This document shows, in pieces, positions 22,401 to 35,369 of a stretch of DNA of 42,755 nt. The DNA lies in the NCBI RefSeq assembly GCF_001194135.2, contig NC_068986.1, forward strand, positions 41,581,352 through 41,624,106, given 5' to 3'. Under the pieces are notes generated by a model. The model searched no databases. It saw only the letters and a list, made by a program, of their open reading frames with translations, and was not told the origin of the DNA. Both the position numbers and the translations under genes were made by a program. Source of the stretch: Octopus bimaculoides (taxonomy: Eukaryota). The first letter of the stretch is position 1. The number at the start of each line of letters is the position of its first letter.

Positions 22401-23578
22401 TGTTTGTGTTTTAAGTGTAGAGTTTGTTATCTTGGGAACAGAAAGGAGCATAATATTCCATTGCATGTCAAATAGATTCAACTCAAACATTCAAACCTGC
22501 AAAAAAACAATGTTATCAATTCAAGAGTCATGAGTATATATCTCCTTCAAATGTTTTTGTCGAGGCTCTGGTGCAGGCTATTTAAATGTCATGTGTCTCA
22601 GTTCACAAACAGTTAAGTGCCAGGTTTTCTGAGAATGTTTCCTGATAGACCTGAGCATTTACTAAGAGAGATTAGTTTCTATTCCACTTTGTAGGCACAG
22701 CCATAGTGTAGTTAAAAAGTTTGCTTTCCAACTATATGGTCTTGGAGTCAGTTCCACTGTGTGGCACCTTAGGTAAGTGTCTTCTGCTATATCCTCAGAA
22801 CAGCCAAAGCCTTGTGAGTGGATTTGGTTGTTGGAAACTGAAAGAAGCCCTTTCGATATGTGTCTGTGTGTTTTTGCACATCCACTTCTTGACATCATGT
22901 GATGGTTGCAAATTTTTGTCCTCTAGAAACACATGTCTGGTCAATATTACTATGCTTGTAAACTGGTATGGGTTAATGACAAGAATAGCATCTGGCCATA
23001 GAAAATCTGTCTCAATAAATATTATCTGAGCCAAACAAACTTGTAAAAGTAGAGTTCAAAACTAATGATGATGATTAACATGACTGAACACTGAATAAAG
23101 TTCAGCTACTACCTCTAGTGAATGCTTTTGGCATTTAGTATATACTACTTATAGGCATTTCTCTTAGTAATTTAGTGTTCCATCAGCTGTGGTTACAAAC
23201 TAGCATTACATCGGATTTTTAAATACTTTATTCTATTTATTTCGGTCTAAACCTGGCTGAAAATAATTGACATTCCATGTGAATTGTTGACCTGTGAATA
23301 ATCTAATACTTTAAAAGAAATATTCCTCACTTTCTATCCATTTTAATAATTTATCAAATTATTTCAAAGTATGGGTTTTGCTTATTCACTTTTCTGCGCA
23401 TTATCTATTGAATTTATATTCAAAGTGAAAAATAAGCAAAAGTATTTTTTTATTTTTATTTTTTATTTTTACAAAGAAAAAACAAAACCCATTAAATCAA
23501 GGACCATTGTGGATTCATTCTTAAGAGTTTATTAGCTAGCAGTAGAAAAGACATCAAGGTGTAAAAACAGTTGCTTAA

Positions 23579-23802
23579 CTCTTTGCCTATCTTGTGTATT
23601 ATATGTTATACACAGGGCATATTTCCCTGGCTTCTGTGTATCATATATGATACACATTGCCAATTTTTTTTTCAACCACCTGAGTAACTTGGGACTTGGC
23701 TTTATTGTGCAGAATGTATGAAACAAGGACTTACTATAAATCTGTAAACAAGTATGGATGTTTAAGACTAACTTATGCAAATTTTTTTACCTAGGTAAAG
23801 GG
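23579..23802. mobile_element. TTAA-flanked MITE, family B (tentative)
   Basis: TTAA|ctctttgcctat ... ctaggtaaaggg|TTAA (TIR 9/12), with internal palindromes. Confidence 0.5.
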
Positions 23803-25522
23803 TTAAGAAAGCTAAAAATAAAAATAAAACTGTCTCTTGAATGGTTGTAAAAAAAAAAAATAGTTGAGATATTAATAAAACATTTTCTATTTTGTTTCTT
23901 CTGAGAAGAGGTAAAAATATGCACTAGGAAAAGTACTAAGGTCCATCATCATCATAATTTTATATCTGCTTTCTGTTCTGGCATTGGTAGAACAGGTCTT
24001 AGTGGTTGAGCCATTTCTTATTTGGAATTACTGCTCTCCCAAAAGGGTTGGGAACCATAGGTATAATTGCTCTTGAAAGTTGTCTCCAGGATGGCAATAA
24101 TCCACTAACTGAAGCCAATAAAAGTAGAGAAAAAGAAGAATGTATGAACATGAATATTTATTTGTATAATCTCTCTCTCTCACACCACCGCCACTGCTGC
24201 CACCACCACCACCACCACCACCATAATCATCATCATTTTGTGTCCACTTTCTATGTTTTTATGAGTTAGACAAGTCATTGCAGTCCTTCTTGATGAGTCA
24301 GGGGATTACGTCTTGCTCATAAGTTTCATTTTTGGCTTTGTTGGATGCCCATCCTAACACCAAATACTTTACAGAGTTGACCGGTTGTTCTTTTTTTTTT
24401 TTCTGTAGTGCCAGTATGAGGGAAGTTGTCATGTTTTTGATCAGATCCCATACTTAACAGTTATGGTTGTGTGTAGCAACATTAAAGTATTTTGTTGTAT
24501 CCTGTTAGTTGTTTTCAACATTTTGAAAACAACTAACAAGGGATTTGATTTAAAAAAGAAAATGTTAAATGAATCATCTCCATGCACTCAGTAAGTGGAA
24601 CAAATAGTAGATTCATTGGCATCAAACTTGCAGCTCATTGTAGTAAAGCTTCTGCCATCATGTATTTTCTAGATCATTTCTATCTTTTCTTGTTGAGAAC
24701 ACACTTATCTACATCATTTGTTAGTATCAGGTGTCTCTATATTTTTCCTGTTCATTGGTCCCATGTTGATGGGTAGGAGTATGTAGATCTGTATGAAAAA
24801 AATATGCAGCCTTGCAACATAGTCATGTAAACATTACCAATGATCAGTGCATTCTAGGTAGCTGAACATTGTGGGTGGCTGCTGGGGCACATTTTTCTAG
24901 TACAAGCAGAATATTTGACTGATCACCGACCTGTGTTATCACAAATCAATCCTAAATAAGCATAACTTGGTTCACAATTGACTGTACCATGTTACCCAAG
25001 ATCAATGATGAAGGAATCAGTAATGAATTTTTACTAGAGTATTAAAAGCAAAATATCAACTCTATGATATAGACTGTCATATTATCAAGTTGAGAAGCAA
25101 TAGTAAGCTGACGGTCTAAGGTGGTGAGCTGGCAGAAATGTTAGCATGCTGAACAAAATACTTAGCAGTATTCTGTCCATCTTTATATTCTTAGTTAAAA
25201 TTCTGCCGAGGTCAACTTTGCGTTTCATCCTCTCGGGGTTGATAAAGTAAGTACCAGTTGAGCACTGGGGTCGATGTAATCAACCTACCCACTCCTTCAG
25301 ACTTGCTGGCCTTGTGCCAAAATTTCAAACCAATATTAAACTGACAGTGTAATGTGCTTAAAAATGAGGTTTTTTTGAAAAGTAACATGCACCTGGTGCT
25401 TGTTACATTGTGTTTCTCTTTGCTTCCTGTTGTCTTTGAATATTTGCATCTCATTAATGCATTTTATCTTGTTGATGTGTTTTATCTCATTCTGTTGCTA
25501 TCAGGTTTGACTAGATTTGATT

Positions 25523-25529
25523 TACTAAC
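25523..25529 (+). promoter_or_regulatory. Candidate splice branch point (TACTAAC) for coding exon 2
   Basis: Perfect TACTAAC about 40 nt upstream of the AAG acceptor at 25567-25569, with no intervening AG and a pyrimidine tract between. Confidence 0.5.
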
Positions 25530-25569
25530 TGATGCTGAACTTCATTTGTTTTTCCTTGACTTGTTTAAG

Positions 25570-25744
25570 CCATGTATATAACTACTGTACTAGTGTTCAG
25601 CAAAATACCAGTCAGGGACAGCAGCCCAGAACACTTACTGGCAAAAGAGTTAAGCAGCCAACTGGAGGTGCACAGTTCGTTGGCTTGGAACTTTACAAAC
25701 GATTGAAAGAATATCTGAAAAGTTACTTAGTTAAATTGTTAAAG
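25570..25744 (+). CDS. CUL1: Cullin-1-like, coding exon 2 (175 nt; (T)[11 protein letters not shown]...[27 protein letters not shown])
   Basis: Acceptor ttaag|C completes the ACC Thr codon from exon 1; donor AAG|gtaagt. HVYNYCTSV and [16 protein letters not shown] are CUL1 signatures. Confidence 0.96.
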
Positions 25745-26478
25745 GTAAGTAGTCATCTAATATTCATTATTCGGATTCTAGAGAAAGATACTTCCAAACT
25801 TTTTAAGGCAGCAGATATTTAAATTAATAACAAAAATAGAAGATGAATATGTTTTTGAGAAGTAAATCTTTACTAACAGACAAATGGGAATAAAATGAAA
25901 CTACAGTGTATTTTATATGTGCATGCATGCACACACACATACACACGTATGTGAAAAATTCTTCCAAATAAGGTTATTTTGAATTGAAAAATTTTGTTTA
26001 TTCATTAGAAAAAGTAATTTATTTCAACTTATATTAAAAAAAAAATCCTGTTCATTGTGGAAGCTAAAATGTTTAATGTACAACAATTAAAACCAAGATG
26101 TTTTACGATTACTTAATAGACTGTTACTTTTTCTTGTTCTTACTTTGCTTATAATTATGGAAACATGTTGAATAAATTAACTGGAAAAGCAACTAATGTA
26201 CCATATTCAGTGGTGATCACATGGGTATATTAGATGCACCCTAATCTCAGCAGTGCTTATTCAGGTAAAAGAAGTTTTCCGTGCATTAAAGGATGTAATA
26301 TAGGTCCAACTTTGCATATATGTCCTGGGGTAATTTTTTTCCTTTTTGGGATGGCTTTTTTTCCCTTAAAAGCACATCTTACATACCATCAAATATGGTA
26401 CTGCCATGTCACATTTCTTCCCACTTCTCATTTTTGTTCAGTCTTCAACAGAACTACATGACTTTGTGGGATCTAACA

Positions 26479-26526
<48 letters not shown>

Positions 26527-26809
26527 CTTAGCCACCTTTTCATTCTTTTTGTTTTTAAATTAATATTTATTTCTGGCATAGACACATTGTCATGAATTTT
26601 AGATTTAGTTGGGTTCTTGGTTGGTATTTATTTTATCTCTCTATTCTCCATGAATGAAAGGAAAGTCAATCTAAAAAGAATTTGAACTGAGAGTGTAAAG
26701 GAACATACACTTCTTAATCTGCTTCATTGTCTAAATTGGATACTGGTGTATAATGGATTGTTATGCAAATATTAGTTTAAGAGGCTTTCTACTAATGTTA
26801 CAAGATTAA

Positions 26810-27323
26810 CCTTTTAGCATTCAGATTATTCTGTTAAAAATGATTTATATTCATTCACATTGTTTTGAATTAATCATGCATTTTCTTGTATCTTCAAGAG
26901 TGTGATGATATGGTAATTTATATTTTGAATCATCATCATCGTTTAATGTCCGCTTTCCATGCTAGCATGGTTTGGACGGTTTGACTGAGGACTGGCAAGC
27001 CAGAAGGCTGTACCAGGCTCCAATCTGATCTGGAAGAGTTTCTACAGCTGGATGCCCTTCCTAATGCCAACCACTCCGAGAGTGTAGTGGATGCTTTTAT
27101 GTGTCACCAGCACGAGGGCCAGTCACACAGTACTGGCAACGGCCATGCCCAAAATAGTGTTCTTTACGTGCCACCTGTACAGGAGCCAGTCCTGCGGCAC
27201 TGGCACCGACCTCGCTCGAATGATGATATTGTAAAATAGGTGTGAGGGGCCAGATTTGGTCAGCTTGAACATAAAGCAGGTAGAAAATTTTGGCTGGGTA
27301 TGGCTGGTTTAAATGCTAAAGGG
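26810..27323. mobile_element. TTAA-type MITE family A with nested RTE-type tail insertion (~26929-27217, minus strand)
   Basis: TTAA|ccttttagcattcaga ... aaatgctaaaggg|TTAG. The MITE body is split by an inverted (ATC)n-tailed RTE 3' fragment with gaat at both junctions. Confidence 0.8.
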
Positions 27324-27469
27324 TTAGATATCCAGTCATCTTGTTTTTTTTCGCTGCAAAAACAAAAACCAAAAAATCTTTCATATTTATTGAACCAGCA
27401 ATGATTGTTTTATTTTTAGTTCTTCTTGTCGTTTGTCATCTGAAATATTTCAATTGCTGTATTTTACAG

Positions 27470-27637
27470 GACAGCAAAGACTTGCTTGATGAAAATGTCT
27501 TAAAGTTTTATACCAAACAATGGGAAGATTATCAATTCTCAAGTAAAGTTTTGAATGGTGTTTGTGCCTATCTAAATCGACATTGGGTTCGTCGAGAATG
27601 TGATGAAGGAACTAAAGGAATTTATGAAATTTATTCT
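27470..27637 (+). CDS. CUL1: Cullin-1-like, coding exon 3 (168 nt; [56 protein letters not shown])
   Basis: Acceptor ttttacag|G, donor TCT|gtaagt, phase 0/0. Near-identical to the CUL1 helix containing [14 protein letters not shown]. Confidence 0.97.
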
Positions 27638-30600
27638 GTAAGTATTGCAAATGTTATACTTTCCATTTTATTTTTATTTTTCACAAACACTTTGTTGACA
27701 ATAAATACCTCACTTTTAGTCACAATTTTGTATTATCAATCTACATTGACTATTTCACTTGGATCAGCTGTTTAACTGGGCTTTTTGTTTTATTTTGTAG
27801 CCATTTGGGTAGGGCATTGTGCATCACCCTTCTGAGATGGGTGAGAAGAAGAGAAGGGGTTTTCTTAAATAGGAGATCTGGCTTGAATGCTTGCAGCAGA
27901 ATGGACTTCTGCACAAAGGTATCCAATGTATCCTTTGGTACCCTTTGTAAAGAAAATAGAAAATTTCAAATGTCATGAAAAACTGCTAATGTTAAAAAAT
28001 ATAAGGTACTTAGGATAATAAATTTCAATTGAAGAGAAAAGAAGACCATCAGGTGAAAGTTCTTAAAAGATTAAATAGTTTCATCATCTTTGATTTACCA
28101 TTCACTTTTTCCAGCTTGCATGGGTTGGAAGGAGCTTATTGAGGCAGATTTTTCTACAGCCAGATGCCCTTCCTATTGCTAACCCATACCTGTTTTCAAA
28201 CAAAGTATTTGCCCATGGCCAGACATTTTTTCATAGAATTTTGGGAATGAATGACACTGTGACACTGCTTATATGCTAGTGACTCACATTTATAGCTATC
28301 ACCTGTTGTTGAGACACAAACATGCATGCACATGTACATGCACACACACACACACACACACAACAGATTTCTTTCAGTTTCCATCTACCAAATCCACTCA
28401 CAAGGCTTTAATTGATCCAGGGCTATTGTAGAAGACACCGGCCCAAGGTACCATGCAGAGGTACTGAACCCAAAACCATGTGGTTCAGAAACAAACTTCT
28501 TAACCACACAGACACATCTGCCCCTCTCTTTACAGAAATAAAATTGAAAGTAACAACAATAATAATATACTTAATATATTGGTTTGTTACTTAAAAGTTT
28601 TTTAATTACTATATCATTTAAAAAACAATTCATGAACAGTTTGTAATCCTGTTCTTTTGTATTGTTTCACTAATTAAATTCATTTTTTATTAAGTTTCCA
28701 TGCTCTTGTAACTATGTGAAGTTATCAATTCCCAAGTTTATATTTATTGTTTCCATCATCTTCATCATCATTGTTTAACATCTTTTTTCCATGCTGGCAT
28801 AGACTGTACAGTTTGACAGGAGCTGGCCAACTGGGGAGCTGTCCAGATTCCAATTGTCTGTTTTGGCATGGTTTCTATGACTAGATGCCCTTCCTAATGC
28901 CAACGACTTTAGAGAGTGTGCTGGATGCTTTTTTTTACATGCTACTGCATGGGTGCATTCATGCAGCACAGGCATGAGTGCATTTTGCATGACACTGGCA
29001 TGAGTGCATTTTATGTGGCACTGGCACCTGCAAAAGACATGCCTATATGTATAGATGACCACAGTTCTGATAAAATATGTGAAGTTGTTTGTTCCCAAAT
29101 GCTGGTTGTGAACTCAGTCTTATGATTTATCAATGGTCATGGTGCAAATGTAAGATGATATTAATAGTGTGTATCTGGCATTTTCAGTCTAATGCAACTA
29201 ACTTGAGTTTATCTGCATATGATGTCATTTATTCCGGTCTGAACTTTATTTCTGACATAGTTTACAATTTCTTGAAACCATTTAATTGCACTACTTTCAT
29301 TGTCTTGAAAGAAAACCTCAAGAATCCTTTCTGTCACCATTCTGCACCAAAATGTTCCCTACATATGCCAATTTTGTTACATTTTCTTTTAGGTGGAAGT
29401 GTAGTTCCTCATTCTTATTGCTTTTTCTTTTTGTGTTCTAAAAATTTCTAATAGCTTACTGCAGTTTACTTAATATTAATTAAGGTAGCTTTGCATAGCA
29501 ATCAAAATCAGTTGGTGAATTCTGCTGCTACTGCTGCATCTGTTAAATTCCATATCCTTGCAACTACCTAAATAAATAAATGAATAAAAGAACAGAAGTC
29601 GATGTCTAAAGTTATCAGGTTTGTCCATCGGTGATCAATGAAGACACTAGCTTCAATCATTCTTCACTGCACCAGAGGACATATCCATGCAGGGGACCAG
29701 AGAATCACGACTGTTCTTGCTTATACTACACCTTCCATGTGCTACAAGTTATGAAAGTGGAGTACTTCACTGTTGCAAATGTCTAATTCCCCAACTTCCA
29801 TGAGCCTGAAACTATGGATGCGGCAGTATTTCATTGTTGCAGATGTGTGGAATACCCTGACTGCTGCAACACGACTATTTGACTCTTAGTTGAAGGTTTG
29901 TGTCATACAGTCTTACTCACTAGACACTGATACTAGACTGGTGCAAGGGTTTCTTTTTTTGGGAGCTTGTGGGTGCCAGTGTCACATAAAAAGCACCCAT
30001 GCCAGTACTACATAAGAGCATCTGTGCTGATACCACGTAAGAGTACCCATGCTGGTTCTGTGTAAAAGCACCCAGTAACTCTGTAAAGTGGTTGGTGTTA
30101 GGAAGGGCATCCAGATGGCTAGCTCCTTTCAAACCATCCAATCCATGCCAGCATGATAAACAGATGTAAAATTATGATGATGATGATGATGATGAGAAAG
30201 AGCAGCATGCTAATCAAACACACTCTCTTGCCCAGCGGCAGGATAAAGATAGGAAAACTGTACTTGTATGAGAATGTAGAAGATTATCAAAGTGTCTGAA
30301 ACCATCTCCAAACCTTGCAGTACCATCTTACTTGGTAAATGTCCAGTCCATAAAACATCATTCCAGATGTTTGCTCTGCATCATGGCTTCTAACCATACA
30401 TGAAGGCATATTGCTACCACTGGCCAGCTGCTACTAACTTCAAAGCTGTGGAGATGGTTACTTATTTCCTTCATGCCTCATTTGATTGAGATGTAAGCAT
30501 GCCACTAACCATTGCACGATATTGTATGGCCATTGATTTACCTGAGTTCATCTGCCCTTTGGCCAGTCTTGTTTTTCATTCTGCTGGATGCTCAAAAATC

Positions 30601-31122
30601 ACCCACCTCAGCAAACGAATATGTAACAGGTACTAGATTATCAGTAATGCTCTCAAGTGACCTGAAATTATGATGAAGAGAATAATAATAATTGAAAGTT
30701 TTATCATGTACATTGTTGTCTTGGTATAAAAGATGGGCTACAGCAAATATTCTACTCAATACCACAGATTTGTTTGTCAGTTGTTTGACCTCAACTAGTT
30801 GAGCATGTCCCTTTGTGACTGACAATATGTGCATCTCTGATCACGAGCAGGAGTAGTGGGAGAGCATCATAGCCATGTGTTGAGAGGAATTCTTTGGGGT
30901 TTGGATAATTCACCTTTGGTAACATGGGTGTTTTGTTCAACATCCTTAAACAATTGTGGTAAGAAGTGTGGCTGTTAGGTAAGAAGCTTGCTTCCTAATC
31001 ACTTAGTCCCAGGTTCAATCTGATTGCATGACACTATGGGCAAGTGTTTTCTACTTGGGCTGACCAAAGCCTTATGAGTGGATTTAGTAGATGGAAACTG
31101 AAAGAAGCCCATTGTATATATA

Positions 31123-31270
31123 TCTATATCTATAAAAGGCAGGGTGTGTGTGTACGTGAATGTCATTTATGCATGTCCACAGATTAGCACGCATGTCTCT
31201 CCAATTTTAGGAGGACATTGGTCATGACCATGGCTGTGCTTTTGTCAACTTATTTTTCCCCGAAAAGGTT
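31123..31270 (+). mobile_element. Possible Helitron 5' fragment
   Basis: A|TCTATATCTATAAAAGGC followed by a (TG)-rich segment; no 3' CTAG end found. Confidence 0.35.
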
Positions 31271-31776
31271 GAAACCAGTCAACCTTGATGGAATTTGAAC
31301 TCAGAATATAAAGAGCCAGAAGAAATGCTGCTAAACATTTTGTCTGACATGCTAATGATTCTGCCAGTTTGCCACCTGAATGGTTTCAAATTTTGGCCCA
31401 AGGCCAGGGATTTTAAAGAGAGGACATTAGCCGATTACATCAACCCCAGTGATCAGCAGGTACTTATTGTGTCAACTTTGGCAGAATTTGAACTCAATAT
31501 GACTCACAAGAAATATTGCAGAGCATTTTTGTTGACATTTTAACAACTATGCTGTCTCACCACTCTAAATAATAATATTATAAAAACTGGCAAAGGTTTG
31601 ATATATTCAATGACTACCATCATAGTAACAGCAGTTATGCATCATTGCTCACTCTTACTCATACTTGAGACATAAGCAGTAACTGTACTATTAATAGCAC
31701 AGTCTCCTTGAAATATGCTAGGATGGTTCTATTGCAATAGTTCAATAGAATAATTAGTAAAAAATTACTATCATGT

Positions 31777-32176
31777 AGGCGCAGGAGTGGCTGTGTGGTA
31801 AGTAGCTTGTTTACCAACCACATGGTTCCGGGTTCAGTCCCACTGTGTGGCATCTTGGGCAGGTGTCTTCTACTATAGCCTCGGGCCGACCAAAGCCTTG
31901 TGAGTGGATTTGGTAAACGGAGACTGAAAGAAGCTCGTCGTATATATGTATATATATATATATATATGTGTATGTTTGTGTGTCTGTGTTTGTCCCCCTA
32001 GCATTGCTTGACAACCGATGCTGGTGTGCTTATGTCTCCGTCACTTAGCGGTTCGGCAAAAGAGACCGATAGAATAAGTACTAAGCTTACAAAGAATAAG
32101 TCCTGGGGTCGATTTGCTCGACTAAAGGCGGTGCTCCAGCATGGCCACAGTCAAGTGACTGAAACAAGTAAAAGAG
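31777..32176 (+). mobile_element. SINE family B head/core with an alternative (non-RTE) 3' tail, near full length
   Basis: aggcgcaggagTGGCTGTGTGG...GGTTCAGTCCC head, core, (TA)n/(TG)n centre, tail ...ctggggtcgatttgctcgactaaaggcgg...gaaacaagtaaaagag. Confidence 0.85.
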
Positions 32177-32369
32177 ATATGTCAATTATTAAACTACAGA
32201 TTAATAATTTGTTATTGAATATTTTTGATTGGAAGTATTTTTTTACAAATCTATAACAGTACATTCTAACTACTATCGACATCAGTAAAACCTCTGACCC
32301 CATTCCCTGCTATCCATTCATATAAAAAATACTCCCTTCACCTTGAACGTGAAATGTTGATGAGCAATC

Positions 32370-32665
32370 TTCCTCTCAAGCCATCAAGCCTATGTAGTGT
32401 TTGATGGTAGTAATCACTTGTTATCTGAGAAAGACTGGTTTTGATATTCCTTGTTGAACAACCTGCACAAATGATTTGTTTACTATGATCAAATCTTTGT
32501 GCTGTACATGAGCTCACTCCTTCCATCAAATCAATGTTGCCTGAACAAGTGCATCATGCACCACATGTCAGCTGTCCGAGTGATGGCAGAGCAACATGAA
32601 ATGAAGCATTTTGCTCATTAATACAACACACCACCTAGTCCAGGAATTGAACCCACTGTCTCATT
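32370..32665 (-). mobile_element. tRNA-derived SINE (family C), minus strand
   Basis: Reverse complement of 6893-7140 (acaaatgatttgttta..gatcaaat..tgtgct, ccatcaaatcaatg, ccaggaattgaaccc). Confidence 0.65.
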
Positions 32666-32789
32666 CTAATCATTAGGCACTGCGCCCTCACTGTGGTGTA
32701 TAAGAACATTTAAAGAACCTGCAATTTTCTGAAAAGAATACTACAGGGGTCTGTCGTTTTATTTTTTTAAATTTCTACCTACATGACCT

Positions 32790-33950
32790 TCCCACACTTA
32801 CATACATTACATACAGCCTCATATGCAAGTGATATTACATTCACATCCTTCCACTGTTCTTCAGACACTGCTGTGCAATTACTCTGACACTTAACCACCT
32901 AGCAATTTGACTCCACAACAAACAGACTTAAAATTAAGTTTACTGTCTTTCTCCTTACCACCAGTATCATAGAATTCATCAAATATCACTAACCCTTATA
33001 CTCAACAACATAAACATATTACACACAAACAGAAGATAAAAAATAGCAGGAATTACATACAACTCATCCAGGGCATTCACAATACACATTAAAGGCATAG
33101 TAAAGAAGCAGAATAATTACAAATTATTTAGAGAAGTTATAAAGACACATCAGCATAAACATCCTTAGAGCAGTCAGATGTCACATTTGGAATCAATATC
33201 AATGACATACAAGCAATATATTACATCTATAATAAACTATACTAGTGCTAGTTTTGTTCCCAATGTCTCCACCACAAATGATTATAAATTACAAAAAAAA
33301 AAACAAAAAAAACACAGAGTAATTCACCACACCCACTGATTGCATGTGCAACAAAACTGAAGTGCTAAAAATGAAACCACTTGTGGCACAGCTTGTTCTT
33401 GCAGCAAGCTTCAGCCTTCATGGACTCTGTCACTAGATAATAATAATTTTAAAAAACAAAACATTGAGACACATATGCAACTCTCCAGATCACTACTACT
33501 ACAGCATTCTAAAAACATTATCTCTCTCACATGATGTGGATATGCATAAGGAACACATACAGAAATAGGTGCTACATCAGTTGCTTTGCTGACAGCAAAC
33601 TCTGTGCTAGGATTATGCCACTAACAATAAATGCAGAGGAACAACAAATGTCATGCTTTCAGCAAATTCAGCCACACTAGAATCTGTAGGCATACATTAA
33701 TAAACTGGACAGAGAGCATGCAATATATGTAGGTTATCAAACTGGACTGCATATGATTTGCGGCTTGTTGAATTGTGCAGTAAGGTCTTTGACTAGATGG
33801 AGACCTAATATAACTTAGAAGATGCGGCATCTTCATTTTGCCTACTACCTGCAATACCACAAGATTGCTGGATCAGTGCTACACAATAACAATATCCTAA
33901 AAAACATAAAGGCCATTCCATTGATTGGAGAAAACTCATTGAGCATCATG
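32790..33950 (+). mobile_element. Decayed I/Jockey/Nimb-like LINE RT and thumb fragment
   Basis: Degenerate YADD (SYASD, ~32818-32832), then IAGITYNSSRAFTIHIKGIVKK and MTYKQYITSIINY...STTNDYKLQ. The 3' boundary is approximate. Confidence 0.6.
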
Positions 33951-34552
33951 TTCAAACCACTGATTTACAAGCAAGCAGTTTCTGTACATTGATCCTCCAC
34001 TCCATAGGAGTGGTTACCTTCTTCTCTATACACCCACCTTTCCTCTTGTTATCCCTAAAGTTCCTCGTATGTTTACACTAGGCACGTTAATTCTTCATCT
34101 CCAAAATGACCTCTAAAATTTGCTCTACTTTTGTTGTTATTTTTTAGTCCTGATTGAATTTACTCATGAGCAAAGGTTTCTAGGCTTCTACATCAGGGAC
34201 TATAATATTCAATGTGCATTTTAGATTTGGCAGGTTGAGGTTCTTTTGTTTTCTGCATATGCATTCCCTACAGAAGTTAGTCTGTAGAAGTTCAAACTGA
34301 ATATCATTTGTGTCTTTCTAACATTCATAAATACTTGCTTAACTGTTTTGATTAAATTTTGAAAATTACAGAATATAAAATGTCATTTTTTAAAATATTA
34401 AACTGTATGAATGAGTTTTTTTTTCTTGTTTTTCCTTTTCGTTTCAGTTTTTTTTTTCTTTTCTGTGATTTCTCAATACTGCCTATGTGGTCTGTGTATT
34501 TTAGTACCTTCCTAGATATTAACACAATCCATTTGTTTATTTTATATTTCAG

Positions 34553-34694
34553 TTGGCCTTAATTACTTGGAGAGACAACCTGTTTAAGCCATTGAACAAG
34601 CAGGTCACTAATGCTGTTCTTGCACTTATTAAAAGGGAGAGGCATGGTGAGACTATCAACACCAGATTGGTTAGTGGTGTCATCAACAGTTATG
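34553..34694 (+). CDS. CUL1: Cullin-1-like, coding exon 4 (142 nt; [47 protein letters not shown]+G)
   Basis: Acceptor tatttcag|T, donor TATG|gttagt, phase 0/1. Matches the CUL1 segment [32 protein letters not shown]. Confidence 0.95.
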
Positions 34695-34728
34695 GTTAGT
34701 TTTATTTCTTGTTGTTATTTTTCTTTGT

Positions 34729-35140
34729 GGAGGCGCAATGGCCCAGTGGTTAGGGCAGCGGACTCGCGGTCACAGGATCGCAGTTTCGATTCCCAGACCG
34801 GGCGTTGTGAGTGTTTATTGAGTGAAAACACCTAAAGCTCCATGAGGCTCCGGCAGGGAATGGTGGCAAACCCTGCTGTACTCTTTCACCACAACTTTCT
34901 CTCACTCGTTCTTCCTGCTTCTGTTGTGCCTGTAATTCAAAGGGTCAGCCTNNNNNNNNNNAAGGGTCAGCCTTGTCACACTGTGTCCCGCTGAATATCC
35001 CCGAGAACTACGTTAAGGGTACACGTGTCTGTGGAGTACTCAGCCACTTGCACGTTAATTTCACGAGCAGGCTGTTCCGTTGATCGGATCAACTGGAACC
35101 CTCGACGGCGTAAGCGACGGAGTGCCAACAACAACAACAA
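34729..35140 (+). mobile_element. tRNA-derived SINE (family D) with (CAA)n tail
   Basis: A box TGGCCCAGTGG, B box GTTTCGATTCC, tail gacggagtgccaacaacaacaa; many CpGs retained (young); spans the 10-N gap. Confidence 0.85.
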
Positions 35141-35369
35141 TTCTTCTTTAGTCTCAAGTCTACTTCTCTGGGTAAATGCATAAATTTCATCCCAATATTT
35201 ATTTTTATTTATTATTTATTTTTCATGTATTTTGCACCCTGATTATAATGTGTCTTTTTTTTTCAATTTGCACTCTTATACAATTGATGCTAGCATGGAA
35301 AAGTGGACATACAGTGATACCGCTTTTCTTGCTGTTTAGTCCCGAGGTCATATGTGATTTAACAGATAT

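Noticed and set aside
29570-30580. Possible decayed CR1/L2-type LINE on the minus strand
   Set aside because: Only vague motif resemblance; no diagnostic residues could be read with confidence.
30590-30957. Repeat-like block (probable TE end)
   Set aside because: Looks repetitive from memory but has no second copy or diagnostic termini in this window, so it cannot be classified.
34940-34973. aagggtcagcct repeated across a 10-N gap
   Set aside because: Same assembly-overlap artefact inside one SINE.
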